A stretch of DNA of 64,000 bases, from positions 54,622,001 through 54,686,000 of the forward strand of contig CM060734.1 in NCBI GenBank assembly GCA_030704615.1, in the 5' to 3' direction. The position numbers and the translations under genes were made by a program. This document shows, in pieces, positions 47,496 through 61,131 of this stretch. The notes under the pieces were generated by a model that made no database searches, was not told where the DNA came from, and saw only the letters and a program-made list of their open reading frames with translations. Each line of letters starts with the position of its first letter. Position 1 is the stretch's first letter. The stretch is from Takakia lepidozioides. Its lineage: Eukaryota > Plantae > Bryophyta.

Positions 47496-50173
47496 TAGGG
47501 ATAGAGTTTCTTTTGAGGGCTGGCATTACGTACACTCTGCCAACGTAGCCTTTTGCTTTCATACACATGTGACGGATAGCCATAATTGCATTGCCGATCA
47601 CCCTGTGAAGAAAAACCTCACTGGACAGAAAAGAAAATAAGAAATCTGTCATATCGCAAAGCACTGATACCCCAAACCTCCATTTGCTTACCTTCTGGAA
47701 GCGCACTAGATCACTTTCCAAAGTTGCCTGCCACCCAACCAATGGAAACATTCAAAACAAATATAAAACTACAGATGAAGTATGACTTCAACAGCCAGAA
47801 GAAATGCACCGACAGCTTAGGAGACAAAGCAAGGGTGGCCTCACCAAGTAACCAGTAGATTAGGTGCATTTTCCCCTCAAACCTGTCACAGTTGGAATTT
47901 ATGTGTACCAAAGAGTTCCTCCAGACAGCACAGATATGTACCTGAACTAGGGCCCTAATTGCATGGGAAGCCATAAGTCGACCAAGGGCTACAGGCAAGG
48001 AGTGCGATACCTGACCCTCCCCACATCACCCAAAATTTGATGAATCAAACTGCCCTACCTTTGTCAATAAGGTACATAACCTCACGACATTGAACCTGAG
48101 GACGAGACGTAACTACCCTCCATGGCATGCATAATGGAAGAAGCAAAAATGCTCAAAATATTAACAAATAGAACGTGTTGCTAGATTGTGTACATTTCTA
48201 GTTGGATATTCACACAATCAAGATGATCCTGACGATTCGAAGGTGGTTCTTATGTACCATAACGTACCGAGAGCTCCACTGTTGTGCCTTTGGTGCTATT
48301 TTCTGTGAAAGTCACTCGGCCTGTGCTATGATAACCCTCTACTGTGGCCCACCTTAAAACTCGTCGTGGTGGGGCATTTTCTGCACTCTCAACTCGAGCC
48401 ACCCACATCACCTGCTTCACCCACCAACATCAACAGCTTTAGTAACACTTATTTGTTGCAAATTGGGATCTAACTGGCTACAGTTGGAGTAATCACAGGT
48501 GGCGAATGGAGATTTAACTGCATGAGTCTGCGAGGGCACCACGCCCAGAACTTGCAGTTGGCACTTTCTGCAGGGGATGAACAACCGCTGGGCTTGCCCA
48601 ACAAGTAGTCATCTCAATTGTAAAAAGACATGGACTTGGGTTTTAAATGGATGTGTTGGCTAAGTCTATCTGAGTACAAATATGTCGACATGGATGTGAA
48701 CACCTTCAGAATGTCATGGTATTCAAGCAAAAACTTGGACTAAGCACGTCTGTCTCCAAGCATGTAACTTCATAGAAAGTGTGAAGCTGCGGGAGTCATT
48801 AGAACAACTATCTACATTGTTTGCTGGCATGTCCCAAATCTTTGTGCTCCTACTCCCCGTCTAGGAGACAGAGTGTAGAATCAAAATCAACCAACTATAC
48901 TGGCAAGAGACAGGGCTATTTATTCAAACCTCAAAACCAGCTGTACTACAGATCCACCGAGATAGTGAGCAAAGCCCCAACGGCAACTCTTGGGATGGTT
49001 GGCAGTTTTTATCCTCTGTTAGCAACTCTACCCGGTCAATCCAACGCATCCTGAAACATACAAAGTACAAAATGACTCCAATTTCTCTGTATCAGGAAGA
49101 TTCATTTAGGATATAGATGTGATCCAAAATACAAATAGTTGTAAAAGTAAAGTTTTTGGTCTTATTGTTCTAACAGAACTGAGAACTAAGGTACACAAAA
49201 CCCCTGAGCTGTCACACAACGTGTCCTCAGCTCCTTTACAAAGCAGGGTAAAAGATGTACTGATTGGTTCTTACTCAACAACCCACCACTTTATATAGAG
49301 CAAACAGGATAAAGGGATGAAATGGGACTACTAGTCATGAAGGCTTGCTATTGACGTTCCAAGGATTGTGAAGAAACACAGAACAAAATGTGAGAGCCAA
49401 CATCACCAACCTGCTCCAATTTTGCATACATACATTCAAATGTTGGCAATGGAGGATGTTTGGGCTTACCAAAGGGGTGCATTCTTGAGATCAGTCCAAA
49501 GGTCCCACACCAAATCGGAGGGTGCAGCAACATCTAAGGCCACCTTGTGGTCAAAAACCAAATTACCAGCCACAGTTGTCTCGCGAGAGGTTTCGCCCGA
49601 TTCCAAGGATGGGAACAGGTCCGTGTCTCTCTCTCGTGCAAAACCACAACCATCAGCTAAGAAACTGTCTTCGTCTGACTTAACCTGATCTCCACCATTG
49701 GAATCGATGGAATGAGATTCTGAAGAATAGGTCATACCCTCTACTGCTGGGTTTTCTGATTGAGAAGACCCAGGGACTTCGTCTGAAACACTTCCACTCA
49801 CACTTGCTTCCAACCCCACATTCTGGACTCCAAAGAAACAAACACTCGACCTCTTCTCCATTGCTCTTCTCCTCCTCCTCCGTTTCGACCCTTGCAGACA
49901 TTGCTCGCTCTCCAATAATGCAGCTTCTTTCTCTCCCCTACCAATTGGAATCCCAATCTTGGTTGTAAAGCATTTCATGTTGACGGCTTTTTCATGGAGA
50001 AGGAGGGAGGATATACAGGAGAATGGGATGGAGTCTCTGTAGCTGGTGGGCTGTCTCTTTGTGGCTATGACCGTGACTCTCCGGTGATCGATATTACCCA
50101 CACTATGCTTTTGACTCAGAATACAGAGAGAAGGCCCAAGCTGTTGTGTTTGAGTTGCTACGTCCATGGCCAT
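47496..50173 (-). CDS. Polyketide cyclase/dehydrase (START/SRPBCC) family protein with a long N-terminal extension (possible transit peptide)
   Basis: Exons: HKVALDVAAPSDLVWDLWTDLKNAPLW|MRWIDRVELL (49470/49050), VMWVARV...LRWATVEGYHSTGRVTF...TTVELS (from 48411), VSHSLPVALG (from 48010), ATLESDLVRFQK. The last exon is uncertain. Confidence 0.8.
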
Positions 50174-51409
50174 GCACCCACTTACCGACGAAGAAAAACA
50201 AGAGTGACGAAGTGGCTTGTTTCGAAGTTATGCAATTGGCTGTTACGGTTTACCGACTGTGTTGTGCACTGCTCGTCAGTCCATTAACCCTTAAGCGCCC
50301 ACTACAGTAGTCCTTTCTGACATTTTGGGGAAAAGCTGACTCCTGAGTAGTTTCTGGGCCAAGCATTAGATGGACCCTGGAGTTGAATGCGAGGGAGCCG
50401 GTTCAGCCAGCGTGGGGACCCCCGCCACCCCACGCCCACCCGCTTCCATCGCCCGCACACCGCGCAGCCGCTCCCGCGCGGCACGCCCTCCCGCGCCTCA
50501 TGTTCCCGCTGCGAGGACATGAGACGTGCCCTCTCCCGCATCCCCATCCTGCCCTCATGCATGGCATCGCCCTCCATCCCCATGCATGCCATTGCATGTA
50601 AAATGATGAGGGTAGGTGGAGAATACACGTACCAGCTCTTGCTTTCGTTGCTATTGTTGGCCTTGGCGTACCGCGTCTCGCCGTGCACGTTCTTTTTGTG
50701 GGCAGCAGTGGCAATCCTGCTACGATTGAGGATGTGGTCGCCGTGTTCAGAGGTTGCAACGCTTGCGCTCCAAACGTTTCTTGCGTACATGTCCTTATTA
50801 TCGCTCCAAAACGATCGACTTTGTCATTTGTCTTCTCCGGATCTTCATTCTACTCTTCCTCCAGGTTGTACTTTGCGGGTGAGTGAGTTCTGCAATGAGC
50901 ATTTGAAACCCAATCGTTCTTTGTTGGTTCTTTCACATATATTGAATGCGTAGGTTCACAAATCTTCATATTGTGACTCGGGTCTCCTTTTCTCACTATA
51001 GCAGTTAGCAAAGTGCAAAAGTGGGCCTGTTTTGCTAGTTTAGGCACTTCATGCAAGCTTTTACATGGAGCTAAGGTGAAGAGTGGGTTTCATATGGAGC
51101 TGAGGTGAAGAGTTTGTTACTTTGCTGATACTTTCGGGAACTGGGGAGACTGGTAAGGCATAAAGCTGCCGACTTTGCAATTTTTGATTGATGTTGTATT
51201 ACAAGAATTGAAGGTGACCTCGGGCATCACTTTCCATAATTCAATAGCTCGCTCCAGGGATGTGCACATATGTTCTATCGTTTTTTTTCCCTTCCATAAC
51301 AACTTAGGTCACAAAGTTTACTATATGCAGTCCATTCATGATGTTTTGGGGTTAGGGTTTAGGATAAATGACATGCACACCATTGTCAGAGGTTTAGGGT
51401 TGGGTTCAG

Positions 51410-51560
51410 TTGCAGCTATGCATTCTGGATACTGCCCTTGTTGACACATTTGCCAAATGTGGGAGCACAGAGAATGCACATGAGTATGCACATGAAACTT
51501 TCCATATGTATGGAAAATGCAAGAGCAAGGGGTGGCACCTGGTAGGGTCACTTTCATTGT
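51410..51560 (+). pseudogene. PPR (PLS-class) gene fragment
   Basis: DTALVDTFAKCGSTENAH. Confidence 0.6.
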
Positions 51561-52585
51561 GTTCTCAATGCATGTTAGAAGCCACGAAAAGATTGTGAAT
51601 TGGTCCATGTTGGCCTCATCGAAAATGAAAACTGGTTAGATATCGTTAGCTCGTTGGGTGGATCTGTGGTGGTTTCGAGTGACTTTAATAAGTTATTGCC
51701 GATGTGGCAGCAGGAAAGTACGGCCCAAAAACAAATAACAGAGATGAAGAGAAGAGTGTCACTAGTTAGCATAGGACTAGTGTCACTAGTGGTCTAGTTA
51801 GCATAGGAACTAGTGTGATAGGTAGGGTTGGGGTGTTTGCTGGAGCAATTCAAGCATTTTCTTATCAGTAGCGGCTCTAAATTTTCATGTTGAATTCTGC
51901 AAGTTAGCTGGTTGAGTGAACCTTTGTAGTTTGGAGTGACTTTGACATGATACTGCCAATGTGACAACATGAAAGAATCCAGAAACAGGTAACGGAGACC
52001 ACAAGACGCTGTGGAATGAATACTTTTCTGACCCCAGTCAACGGTGGGACAATCACGGCAAAAAGGTGAATGCCTGTTGGATTGCAGAAAGTAGAAGATG
52101 CAATTGAGCATAGGAACTAGTGTGATAAGTTGAGTTGGGTGTTTCCTAGAACAATTCGAGGCTTTCATTGTCAGCTGCTAGCAGCAAGGCAAGGGTGAAT
52201 GCATGATTTGGGCAGAGGCATGGATAGCTGAAGGAGCAGGGATAGAGTGTGGGTCCAGATTCATCGAAGACGGGTGGACTTCTACAAGCTCCAAATTACG
52301 TACGATTCCCTGTGGATTAATAGCTACTATTATTGATTTTTGTTTCAAGATCTAGTTTAGGTTGTTGAAGAATATGAGAGGCCTTGTAGCAATAAAGAAT
52401 ATTATGATGTTGCTCATGTACAGTAACAGTAACAGTGTTTGAACGTGAAGTCACTAGTCCAGCCAATTACCTCAGTAACTCTAGTCAATCTAGGAGAGTG
52501 TCTCAACCAATTGTTGTAAAATCTGTTGGAGTACTCTCTGACCTTCGATTAAACCTGCCATCATTATATTCCACGTAATCAAACA

Positions 52586-52760
52586 TCATTGAGGCATTAT
52601 GTTGAACACTTGGTGAGCATCCACGATGCTCTCACACTTAACATACATGTTGACAAGGGTGTTGTGTAGAAAATCATTCCACTTTGGATTTTGTACTAAT
52701 GAACTAATGCAAGAGACAGACATAAATATCTGAATCTGCTGCAATGCCTCCTTGGTGTAA
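52586..52760 (-). pseudogene. PPR (PLS-class) gene fragment
   Basis: DFLHNTLVNMYVKCESIVDAHQVFNIMP. Confidence 0.7.
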
Positions 52761-54337
52761 AGTCTGTAAAGCCTCTTCTGTACCTTGCAAGAGACAGACA
52801 CAAGTATCTGAATATGCTGAATGACTCTTGGTTTAAAGGCTGTAGAGCCGAGCCTCATGTACCTTGCAAACTCCAGGGAAAAAACCTTGCGCATCTTACT
52901 TTCATGCCTGCTCAGGAAGAACAACCTCCACTGCTGCTTCAGCTACTTCCAGTTGACCATCTGCCAATGCAGGTTTATTATAGCTATGGATCCACATAAA
53001 ATCATAGGTAATTTTGTGCTTGAAATCCGGCCCTCATGGACAACTTCAGCTATCCCTGCCTCTGCACCAATCATGTATGGATCCTCGCAGGTTGCTGCTG
53101 CCTTACCTGAACCTTGAACCCAGCAGAGGCATAAAAGACTCCTTCTCTTCGTCCTCTTTCGGAAGCTCTGGTCATGGTCAAGGTGCCTGATTTTGTCAAC
53201 TGTGTTGCTGCTATTGCTGCTTCCGCCAGTTGACCATCTACCCATGTAGGCTTCTTCTAGCTATCGATCCAGAGGAAATCATAGGCGTGCTTGAAATTCT
53301 CCCTCTTGGATGAATCTGGACCCACACTCTATCCCTGCCTAGCTCTGCACAAATCATGTGTACAATGTGCTTGAAAAGCTCCAAACTATAGATATATGCA
53401 GCTCACACAAGAGGGCTTGTTGATTGAGGGTTGATTCAATACTCCTTGGGTGAAAGGAAAACTAATTTCCAAAACAGTCCGGTGATTATGGAAAGATATT
53501 AGGCTACGGTTCTGATTCTGGTATGTATGTTGGAGCTCCTTCGAAGCTTGCAGATGAAAGTGAGTATGACTCATAGTGATCTGATTAGTAATATTATCAT
53601 ACCAGAGTTCCTCACACTCCTTCACATCCTACATGAAGAAAGCTCACGGCCTTGTCAACACTGTAGTCCAACCATTGTGAAGGGTTTTTAAAGAACTGCT
53701 GCCGGCGTTGTTCCATGCTGTGGGGATCATGAAGGTTGACGATTATACGCACCATGGCCAGCATTTCTTCCCTTGAGTTCACAATTACTCTCTAGGTCTC
53801 CTATCACTGTCCCTCTCGTTCTTGGAGCCTTGGACTCGTTTTTCAATCACTCATTGAACCGAAGGCTGTTGTCTGAGTGCCTTCACTCCTCCTTCCGGGG
53901 CGCAAACCAGCACAGTGTTGCACAGTCTCCCTTTGCCTCTCAGATTCAGACCAGGATTAGCCTCCTAACACAACGACTTGCAACCACGAAAGAGAAGCTC
54001 ACAGCTTGAACCCACAACCGTCGCGCAGCCTTGCCCAACCCTCTATCGACCGACAAACTAAGGCCCACAAGATAAATGAAGCTTGTGAACCACAAACGTG
54101 GAAATCACAGTAGAAGGAGACAGAAATAACCAATTAACAAATGCTGATCAGTTTGTGCACAATTTCAACCCAGCTTGCACACCACAGCAAACCTCCGCGG
54201 GATACAAAAAAAAAAAAGAAACGAAGAGAGGCCTAATCATTGTGATGAAAGCTCCTGCAGCTTCAAGGAAAGCAAGCAAGCAGACGGCCACTGCGAAAGC
54301 GTGTGATGGTCTGAAAGAACATGCCGAATCAAATCTA

Positions 54338-54568
54338 TTACTCTTCTTTCAAACTGCTGGATCTTTCCTCATTCTCTTCTTCATCGTTGTCAGCAACCTC
54401 GTCATCGGGATCATCTTTGGGGTCCAGAGAGCGGTTCAGCGCAGAGCGCCCCGATCTCAGGAAAGGTCTAAACGCAATTTCAAAAGCAGCCCAGCTCAGA
54501 AGAAAAGCACCCCCTGCCAGCAGCAGTGTCGGCCAGAAATCCATGTTCTCTTTCTTCCCCATTGCCAA
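54338..54568 (-). CDS. OEP7: Chloroplast outer envelope protein 7-like
   Basis: 76 aa with one TM segment followed by W..FEIAFRPFL...R..L.RS.DP..DPDD, matching the OEP7 motif WLAIEIAFKPFL...DPTKDPDD. Confidence 0.85.
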   Translation of the reverse strand: MAMGKKENMDFWPTLLLAGGAFLLSWAAFEIAFRPFLRSGRSALNRSLDPKDDPDDEVADNDEEENEERSSSLKEE

Positions 54569-55494
54569 GCGTCTGTGAGAACGGCTGAGTGTACATTGAT
54601 GAGCAACACTGGATGCTTCTTCCTTCTTCTAGGTCGCTTGCTTTTCAACGAACGAGCACACGAACGATCGTCCAGATACAGGCTCCCAACAAGGTTTCTT
54701 CGGACGTAAGCGATCCCTAGGTCCACACGTTGTGCGAAAACTGTCCATCGCAGATGCAATCGTCAACCCACACTAGCCACCTCGCTATTGCTCTGGTCTG
54801 ACACTTCTGGGTGTGTGTGTGTGGGGAAAGTGAAGCTTCTTTCTTTACGACGGTAAGGGTCTGTGAATTTCTGGCGAATTGCCTCTTGCTCTGGATTTGA
54901 AGCTTCAGTATGGTTGATGGATTGTGACACGTCCTGCTGAGCCGCTTGGATGTTCTTGTGCAGGAATTGCAAGTGCAACAGGCTGCCGATTACTTGACAG
55001 GCTTCCCTTTGACACAGGGAGCGTGCTGATTTGCTTCCTCTGGGATACCCTCGGTGCAGCCCCGTCTGGTGACCTCTGGCGTGTTATGCACTCCTGGGTG
55101 CGGTCGTCTTTATGTTTCCTTTTGCGAATTTTGCAATTGACTGTGGGAGAACGCCTATTTCTCAATGTTGTCTAGCCGGTTGTGCACATGGAGGGAATTT
55201 CCTAGGGCTAGAGAAAGCACGAAATTTGTATAGCAAGGGAGCGGGAAGCCTTCCGTTTTCTACATGTAGCTTTCCCAATCATTTTTCTCTGCTTACACAG
55301 TCGTTGCCAATCAACCCAACAATTCTGTGAACTTCTTTTGCAAGCAGAAGTAACTGGGTTGCAGACATTGGCCAGCTTTGAAATCTCTTCTCTCTCCCTC
55401 TCTTTCGCCTCCGTTGGAATATACAGTACGGCGATTTGTTAGGGATGAGTCCCAGGGGATGAGGATTGCGGAAGGGTGCGCAGCTTGAAGAAGA

Positions 55495-58400
55495 ATGGAA
55501 GGCAGACGGAGTAGAAGTAGGGTCGTTGATATACCGAAACCGGAGCCTACGGCCGGAGCCACTCGACAGACCAAAGACAAGAAGAAAGAGGACAAGAAAA
55601 AAGAAGCAGATAAAAAGAAAGAGGCAGACAACAAGGAGGCGGACGAAAAGAAAGAGGCACTCAACAAGGAGAATAAGAAAAAAGAGGCAGACAACAAGGG
55701 GGATAAGAAGAAAGAGGAGAAGAAGAAAGAGGCAGACAAGAAGGAGGATCAGAAGAAAGAGGAGAAGAAGAAAGAGGCAGACAAGAAAGAGGATCAGAAG
55801 AAAGAGGCAGACACGAAGGAGGATCAGAAGGAAGTGGCAGACAAGGAGGATCAGAAGGAAGAGGCAGATAAGGAGGATCATAAGAGAGAGGCAGACAAGG
55901 AGGATCAGAAGAAAGAGGCAGATAAGGAGGAGGATAAGACAAAAGAGGCAGACAACAAGGAGGATAAGAGGCAAGAGGCAGATATTGATGTCGTGGCAGA
56001 TGACGAAGACGACAGGTCTGTGCCCATAATCAGGGGGGAAAACAAAAGGAAGAGGGCTCCGAGGGGAGCTGGAAGGAATTTGAAGCAAAAAGTGTGTGTA
56101 GAAAAGGATAATAAGCCAGATGTGCCTCCAGTTACAGGAGTAGAGTTGTCAATCAACAGCACTGAGGAAACTAAAGATAAGCATGGAGTACAGATGGACA
56201 CTAGAAATGGAGGCCCTTTATTTAGTGAGGCAGCAGTTGAAGTTACTGTTGAGGCAGTAACCAAGGAGCAGGTGGAGAAGAGGCGGGAGAGCTCGAGGCT
56301 GAGGGTGCCACCCTCCAAGTTCAGAGAGAGTTTTCCAACCGCTGCAGGGAAACTAAAAGGGGAGCAGCTCAAGAGTAGCGATGATGTTGGCAGTTCATTG
56401 GAAATTGTTCTACCCATGGACGCCCTCTGTTCACCTGTTGGTGTGCCCAAATACAATGTTCATACCTCAGATGGGTCAGCTCGTGATGCGCGGGAGATAG
56501 AGGCGGAAACCTTGAAGGACAAGCCAAGCCATAACATTGCAGGCAAGAAGAAGGAAACCAAGGTCAAGATAACCACCATACAAGTGGCTGTGAAGGACAA
56601 AGACCCCTCCTCAGCCACTGCACCTGATGGCTCCATAAGCCCAGATGGCAGTGGACTCAAGGCTGCCTTGATGGTGTTTTGTCTATCTTTACCTCTCATT
56701 CATTATGTACCAGCTTGTCCATTTCTGCTTGGCTGATGTTGCGGAGTGGCAAGGCACGGGACTATATGGATTACTCTGCAATCCCAGTCGTGAAATTTTT
56801 GATAATTGCATGGTTGGCAGCATCTAAGCGCATTTTGATATTACAGATGTGTTGTGAGCTTGTGATATTCGATGGATCTACAAAAAATGGCCATGTATCA
56901 CATCACTCACACGCTTTAGTGCATTTGGGATTGTTTCCTGATCATGCAATATACTCTTGCTGTAAAAACTGGGAATCTGTGGGTTATTTAGGTCATACTA
57001 CATAGGCAATGAAGGCAGATGCATTGGGGAAAGCAGGTGTTGAAGCGAGTGATGAAGATGAAGGAGGCTGAGCCCTTCAACAAGCCAGTCGACCCAGTTG
57101 CTCTTGGGATTCCGGTAAGCAGTCTCACTTTTCTTCCTCTTAGACACATTCAGTGTATAGACCAATAAGTAGGTCTCTTGCTTGCAAAACCTGAGTTAGA
57201 ATATTGCTTTCTCTTGGCAATGTTTGTTTGCGTCGCTTCAAGCGATTGCAAAATTATGTAGTTTTTCCGGGTAGTGGCCCCTGTTGTGTATCATGCAAGA
57301 TGCCTCCTTAGTCGACCTGCCCTGCTTGAACAAGGTACAAATGTGAAGTCACATATTTTCCTGACACCAAAATTGTTTGACATACTTAAGGTAGAGATGG
57401 TGACCCAGAAGAGATTTCTAGGAACACACCACTGTATACAAGCTGCTGACATGTCCTCTGAAGGTTTGGGTGCCGGGTCTAAATGCAGGACTATTTAAAG
57501 GTAGTTAATAGGCCGATGGATCTTGGAACTATCCGGGAGAAGCTGGAGAGAGGTGAGGGATATATGAATGTGGAAGATGTGTTGGAGGATGTGGCATTGG
57601 TTTGGAGCAACTGCTGTGACTACAATGAGGAGGGTGATCCCATCCGGGACTTCCTGCGCTCTGTGGAGTCCACCTTCTCGAAGCTTTGGACTGCGGCAGG
57701 GCTGCCTTTTCATCCTGGTCATGCCTCAGGTCTTTTTCTATCTTTCCATTTGGCCGTCCTGCGGAGAATTTCTTTCTTTCTTTCTTGCAGACGTTCTAAA
57801 GTACCATTTCATTTCAGTTCATTTCTTACAATTTTATTCTTATCTTTGTTAGGTCCTGACTTGCAATGCAATCGTAGAAAGTAGGGGGCTTTAGGACCAG
57901 TTCTGGGAAGGGTGAAATTCTCCTATGCTCCACAAGGGTATGTCATAGACAACATTGGCATCTTGGTCATGGGCCCTCCAGTGGACTAGTAAATCTTCTC
58001 TTCTTCTCTTAGAATGTCGTTCTGCTGGCATGTTGGACAACCATCAATGTATCTTATGGGACTCTCTAGAGTAGAACTCGATAGTCCAGATGTTTTGCTG
58101 TGCTGGTTTTGAGGAAGCTGTCAGCTGGCTAGTAAGAATGGCAGCTCAAGTTGGTGCTGGTTTCCATCTGTTTGGATAGTTTTCAATATCACACACGCAA
58201 AAGGTGTGTTCTTTGTAAGTGTTTGTAAGGCATTTGCACTCACATTTTCATGTGGGCTGTTCAATGGTATTGAGAGGTGTCTGACAAATGTGGAGGGGCA
58301 GAGAACGGCCAGCGGCCTGCTGTTGAGGATGTAGAGACAATGGACATGCAGCATGAAAACAAGGAGGAACAGCAGCATGAATCAATAAAAGGGAACAAGA

Positions 58401-61131
58401 GGAAGAAGACAAAGATTGTCCATTTTGAGGATGGAAGCTCACTGAAAGCCAAGATCAAGCGCAGTGGTATGTTTATATGTTAAATCAGTGCTTTTCCTCC
58501 AGTTTGGTATCAAATCTGTGTAATTAGAGTCGCTTGCTGAATCTGCGAGGCCAGAGTGGCTCGGTACATGCATATTGATAAGCCCAGACTGACAGTCTTG
58601 CCATATCTGCTGCACGGCTTGTTTGAGAAATTGCAATGTCACTCCACACGTGCTTTGGTTTGGGGTTTGGGGGGTGTGGGTGGGGTGTGGGGGTTTGCAA
58701 CAGCCCCAGTAGAGCGGGTGATGGCGGAGAGTAAGGCAAGGGAGCAGAAGGAGAATGCGGAAGGTATAGACATTTAACAAGGTAGAGGGTTGGAGAAGAC
58801 AGTAGAAAGACAGATCAGAGCTGCAGGGCATAGATCGTCTGGGAAAATAGTTGACTTCAAAGCTCATCCACAAGCTGAATAAGGAACAGTTGTTAGCTTA
58901 GATAGTGACAACAAAGACTGAAGGACTTCTTGAGGTACTGTCCTATTGTTTTGAGGTAACTGTCCTACTCGCTAGATCCTTTTGGAACGAAATGTGAAGG
59001 AAGGAATCACCTGTGAAAGATTTTTCTGCAAAGGTCCTGGTTGTTCTTGTTGGTTGAAGACTGAAATTTCTGACGTTGAATGTCACAAATTTGTTGCAGG
59101 ACCAAAGCAGACTGAGAGTGTAGCACTAGGGGAAGGGAAAAATTCTGGGCAGGCTGAAAGAAATGATCCCCCCTCCACCAACCAGACCAAACAAAGGCCT
59201 GTTGGGTAACTTCCTGATCCCTCATTTTCTCTCGAAAGTTTTCCTCAAACGTACACCCTCCAGAAGTTTACTTAGGGTGTAGGTCCACCCAACATTGTGA
59301 GAAACATGCCATTTCACAGAGATTGAGTCCACTACATACTACTACATGGTTCTTCACCATCTTTTTGATGAAGAGGATTGCGTCATATCTGGTGCTATAG
59401 CATTATCAATAACAAAACATTGCCCCTACTTCAGTTCTTTATTGTATGCTCTGCTGTTATTTGAGTTTTTGTTTTCTACGACTACGTTTGGGAGGTGCAA
59501 AGTCACAGCTGACTTAAACATCAAAGCTTCTCGCTGAGTCCGGTCACCTGAAACTGGAAGCATAACTGAAGAAATGATACAGCCTCCGATGTCCTGGAAG
59601 GTACTGAATGGCTGAAGGCTGGATGTGGGACAGTACGATACATCACAGAATAGGATGCTCATGTGTGGTGTGCGCGGGAGCTCGGCGGAAGCTGGCACGC
59701 AAGCAGAGAGGATTGCCGGAACTCAGATCTAAATCAAAGAAGAAGGTGCTCACTTCAGGATAATTCTTGGAAGTGCTTTTGTGGACACTTTCTGTGTGGA
59801 GGGATTCAAAGTCACATGTAAATTTTGCCAAGGAGTCTCTCCATGGGCTGCTTGGCCCCACACTGGAACTTGTGTGTGGGCCTAAATTTGTTGTACAAGC
59901 TGTCAATTTTGTTGTTGGAGTCATATGTGAACTGGGAAGTGTCAATATCAACACATACTCCAGGTGGCCAAGGTATCATGTTGTGGATGTAGAGGGCACT
60001 CGACATTTTTGAAGTTCATCTAGAACTACTCAGAGATTTAAACGGTTTGTTGGATCTCCTGGAAGCAGAAGAAAAAATCATCTGAAACAATGCCTGAAGA
60101 TCGGCCCAACAAAGAAACAACTTCAGGCCCTGGGGACATCAATCCAGAGGAGGACTTCACCCATATAGATGAGCATGTGGGAGAGGCTTTCCATTCAGAG
60201 CCCTCACTTGACCAGTTGGAGGTAAATTTCTTCCAACAGTTTCTGAATATTGTGATTTTGTATTCTTGGATGAGGAGTTGTAAGCGTGGATAAAAATTTC
60301 TTACATCTTTAAACAGTCTGTACATATGGGACCACGAAATCCAACTTCTATTCTGAAACAGTAAATCATAAAGAGGACTTTCTCTTCTGCACTATTTTCC
60401 AACCAGGGATTCGTGACTAGCATCCTCTATGGTAAAAATTAACCTCCCTTCCATTGAACGAAGGTGGTTTGCTTGCTGTGGCTCAGTGGACAGACAACAA
60501 TGCCCGCATGTAACACCCTGTAAGGTTTATTCCCTTCTATCTAGAGCACAGCGTCCACTGAGGAATTCCACGAGCTGTCACAATCCAGGACTTCATGCAC
60601 AGAAGATTGCGACGGCCACATTACTGCAGGGACAACGCGCCTGTAAATGATATTTTCGCCTAAAATGTCCTTAATCCCCTGGAAAACATATTTCTTACAG
60701 GTGGTGGGTATCATGTCAGCTAACACCCTCCCTCGGGCATTGAGGTGTACAACCCTACCCTGGGCTCAGGCTCTCAGGCAGGTTTGCATGCCCAGAACAA
60801 CCTCGAGGAAGGGTGCTATCCAGACATTAGAACAGTGACAGGCATGTGTTGGGACAAGACTTGTGTTAAACTATATCAAGAGCGTTTTTGTAATTTGAAT
60901 TATGGTGATACACTGCAGGGGACTCATCGAAGTGGTTACAAGCTCCCTCTCCGGACGCTCAGTCCAGCAGTGATGGACATGAGTCGATTGCTTTTTGGTG
61001 GCAACCCAGCGTCTGTTTGGAACCAACCTGGAGCAATCGGTTATATCAGAGTTCCAGTCTCTGGAAGGATTGGACTGATGGAGGCGATCTCATCTCTGCC
61101 ATTTGTGCAAGAGTTGAAGGCTGAAGTGTAG
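55495..61131 (+). CDS. Bromodomain-containing protein (plant type with an HxxxCxCxxC motif) with K/E-rich repetitive N-terminus
   Basis: Exons VLKRVMKMKEAEPFNKPVDPVALGIP (57006-57113) | DYLKVVNRPMDLGTIREKLE...DVALVWSNCCDYN (from 57489). HHRIGCSCVVCAGARRK near 59641. Last exon LFGGNPASVWNQPGAI...* ends 61131. Internal exons only partly resolved. Confidence 0.88.
55575..55985 (+). repeat. Coding minisatellite encoding (KK)EADK(K)EDQ units
   Basis: gaggcaga(c/t)aag..gagga recurs about 13 times. Confidence 0.9.

Noticed and set aside
50284-50300. TTAACCCTTAAG piggyBac-like end
   Set aside because: No matching opposite terminus or transposase found.
50387-50953. 188-aa ORF with a hydrophobic stretch
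   Set aside because: No recognisable motif, and a GC-rich region with open frames on both strands. Cannot support a call.
55279-56088. Highly hydrophobic 269-aa ORF on - and Arg-rich 187-aa ORF on +
   Set aside because: Antisense and alternative frames of the charged minisatellite.
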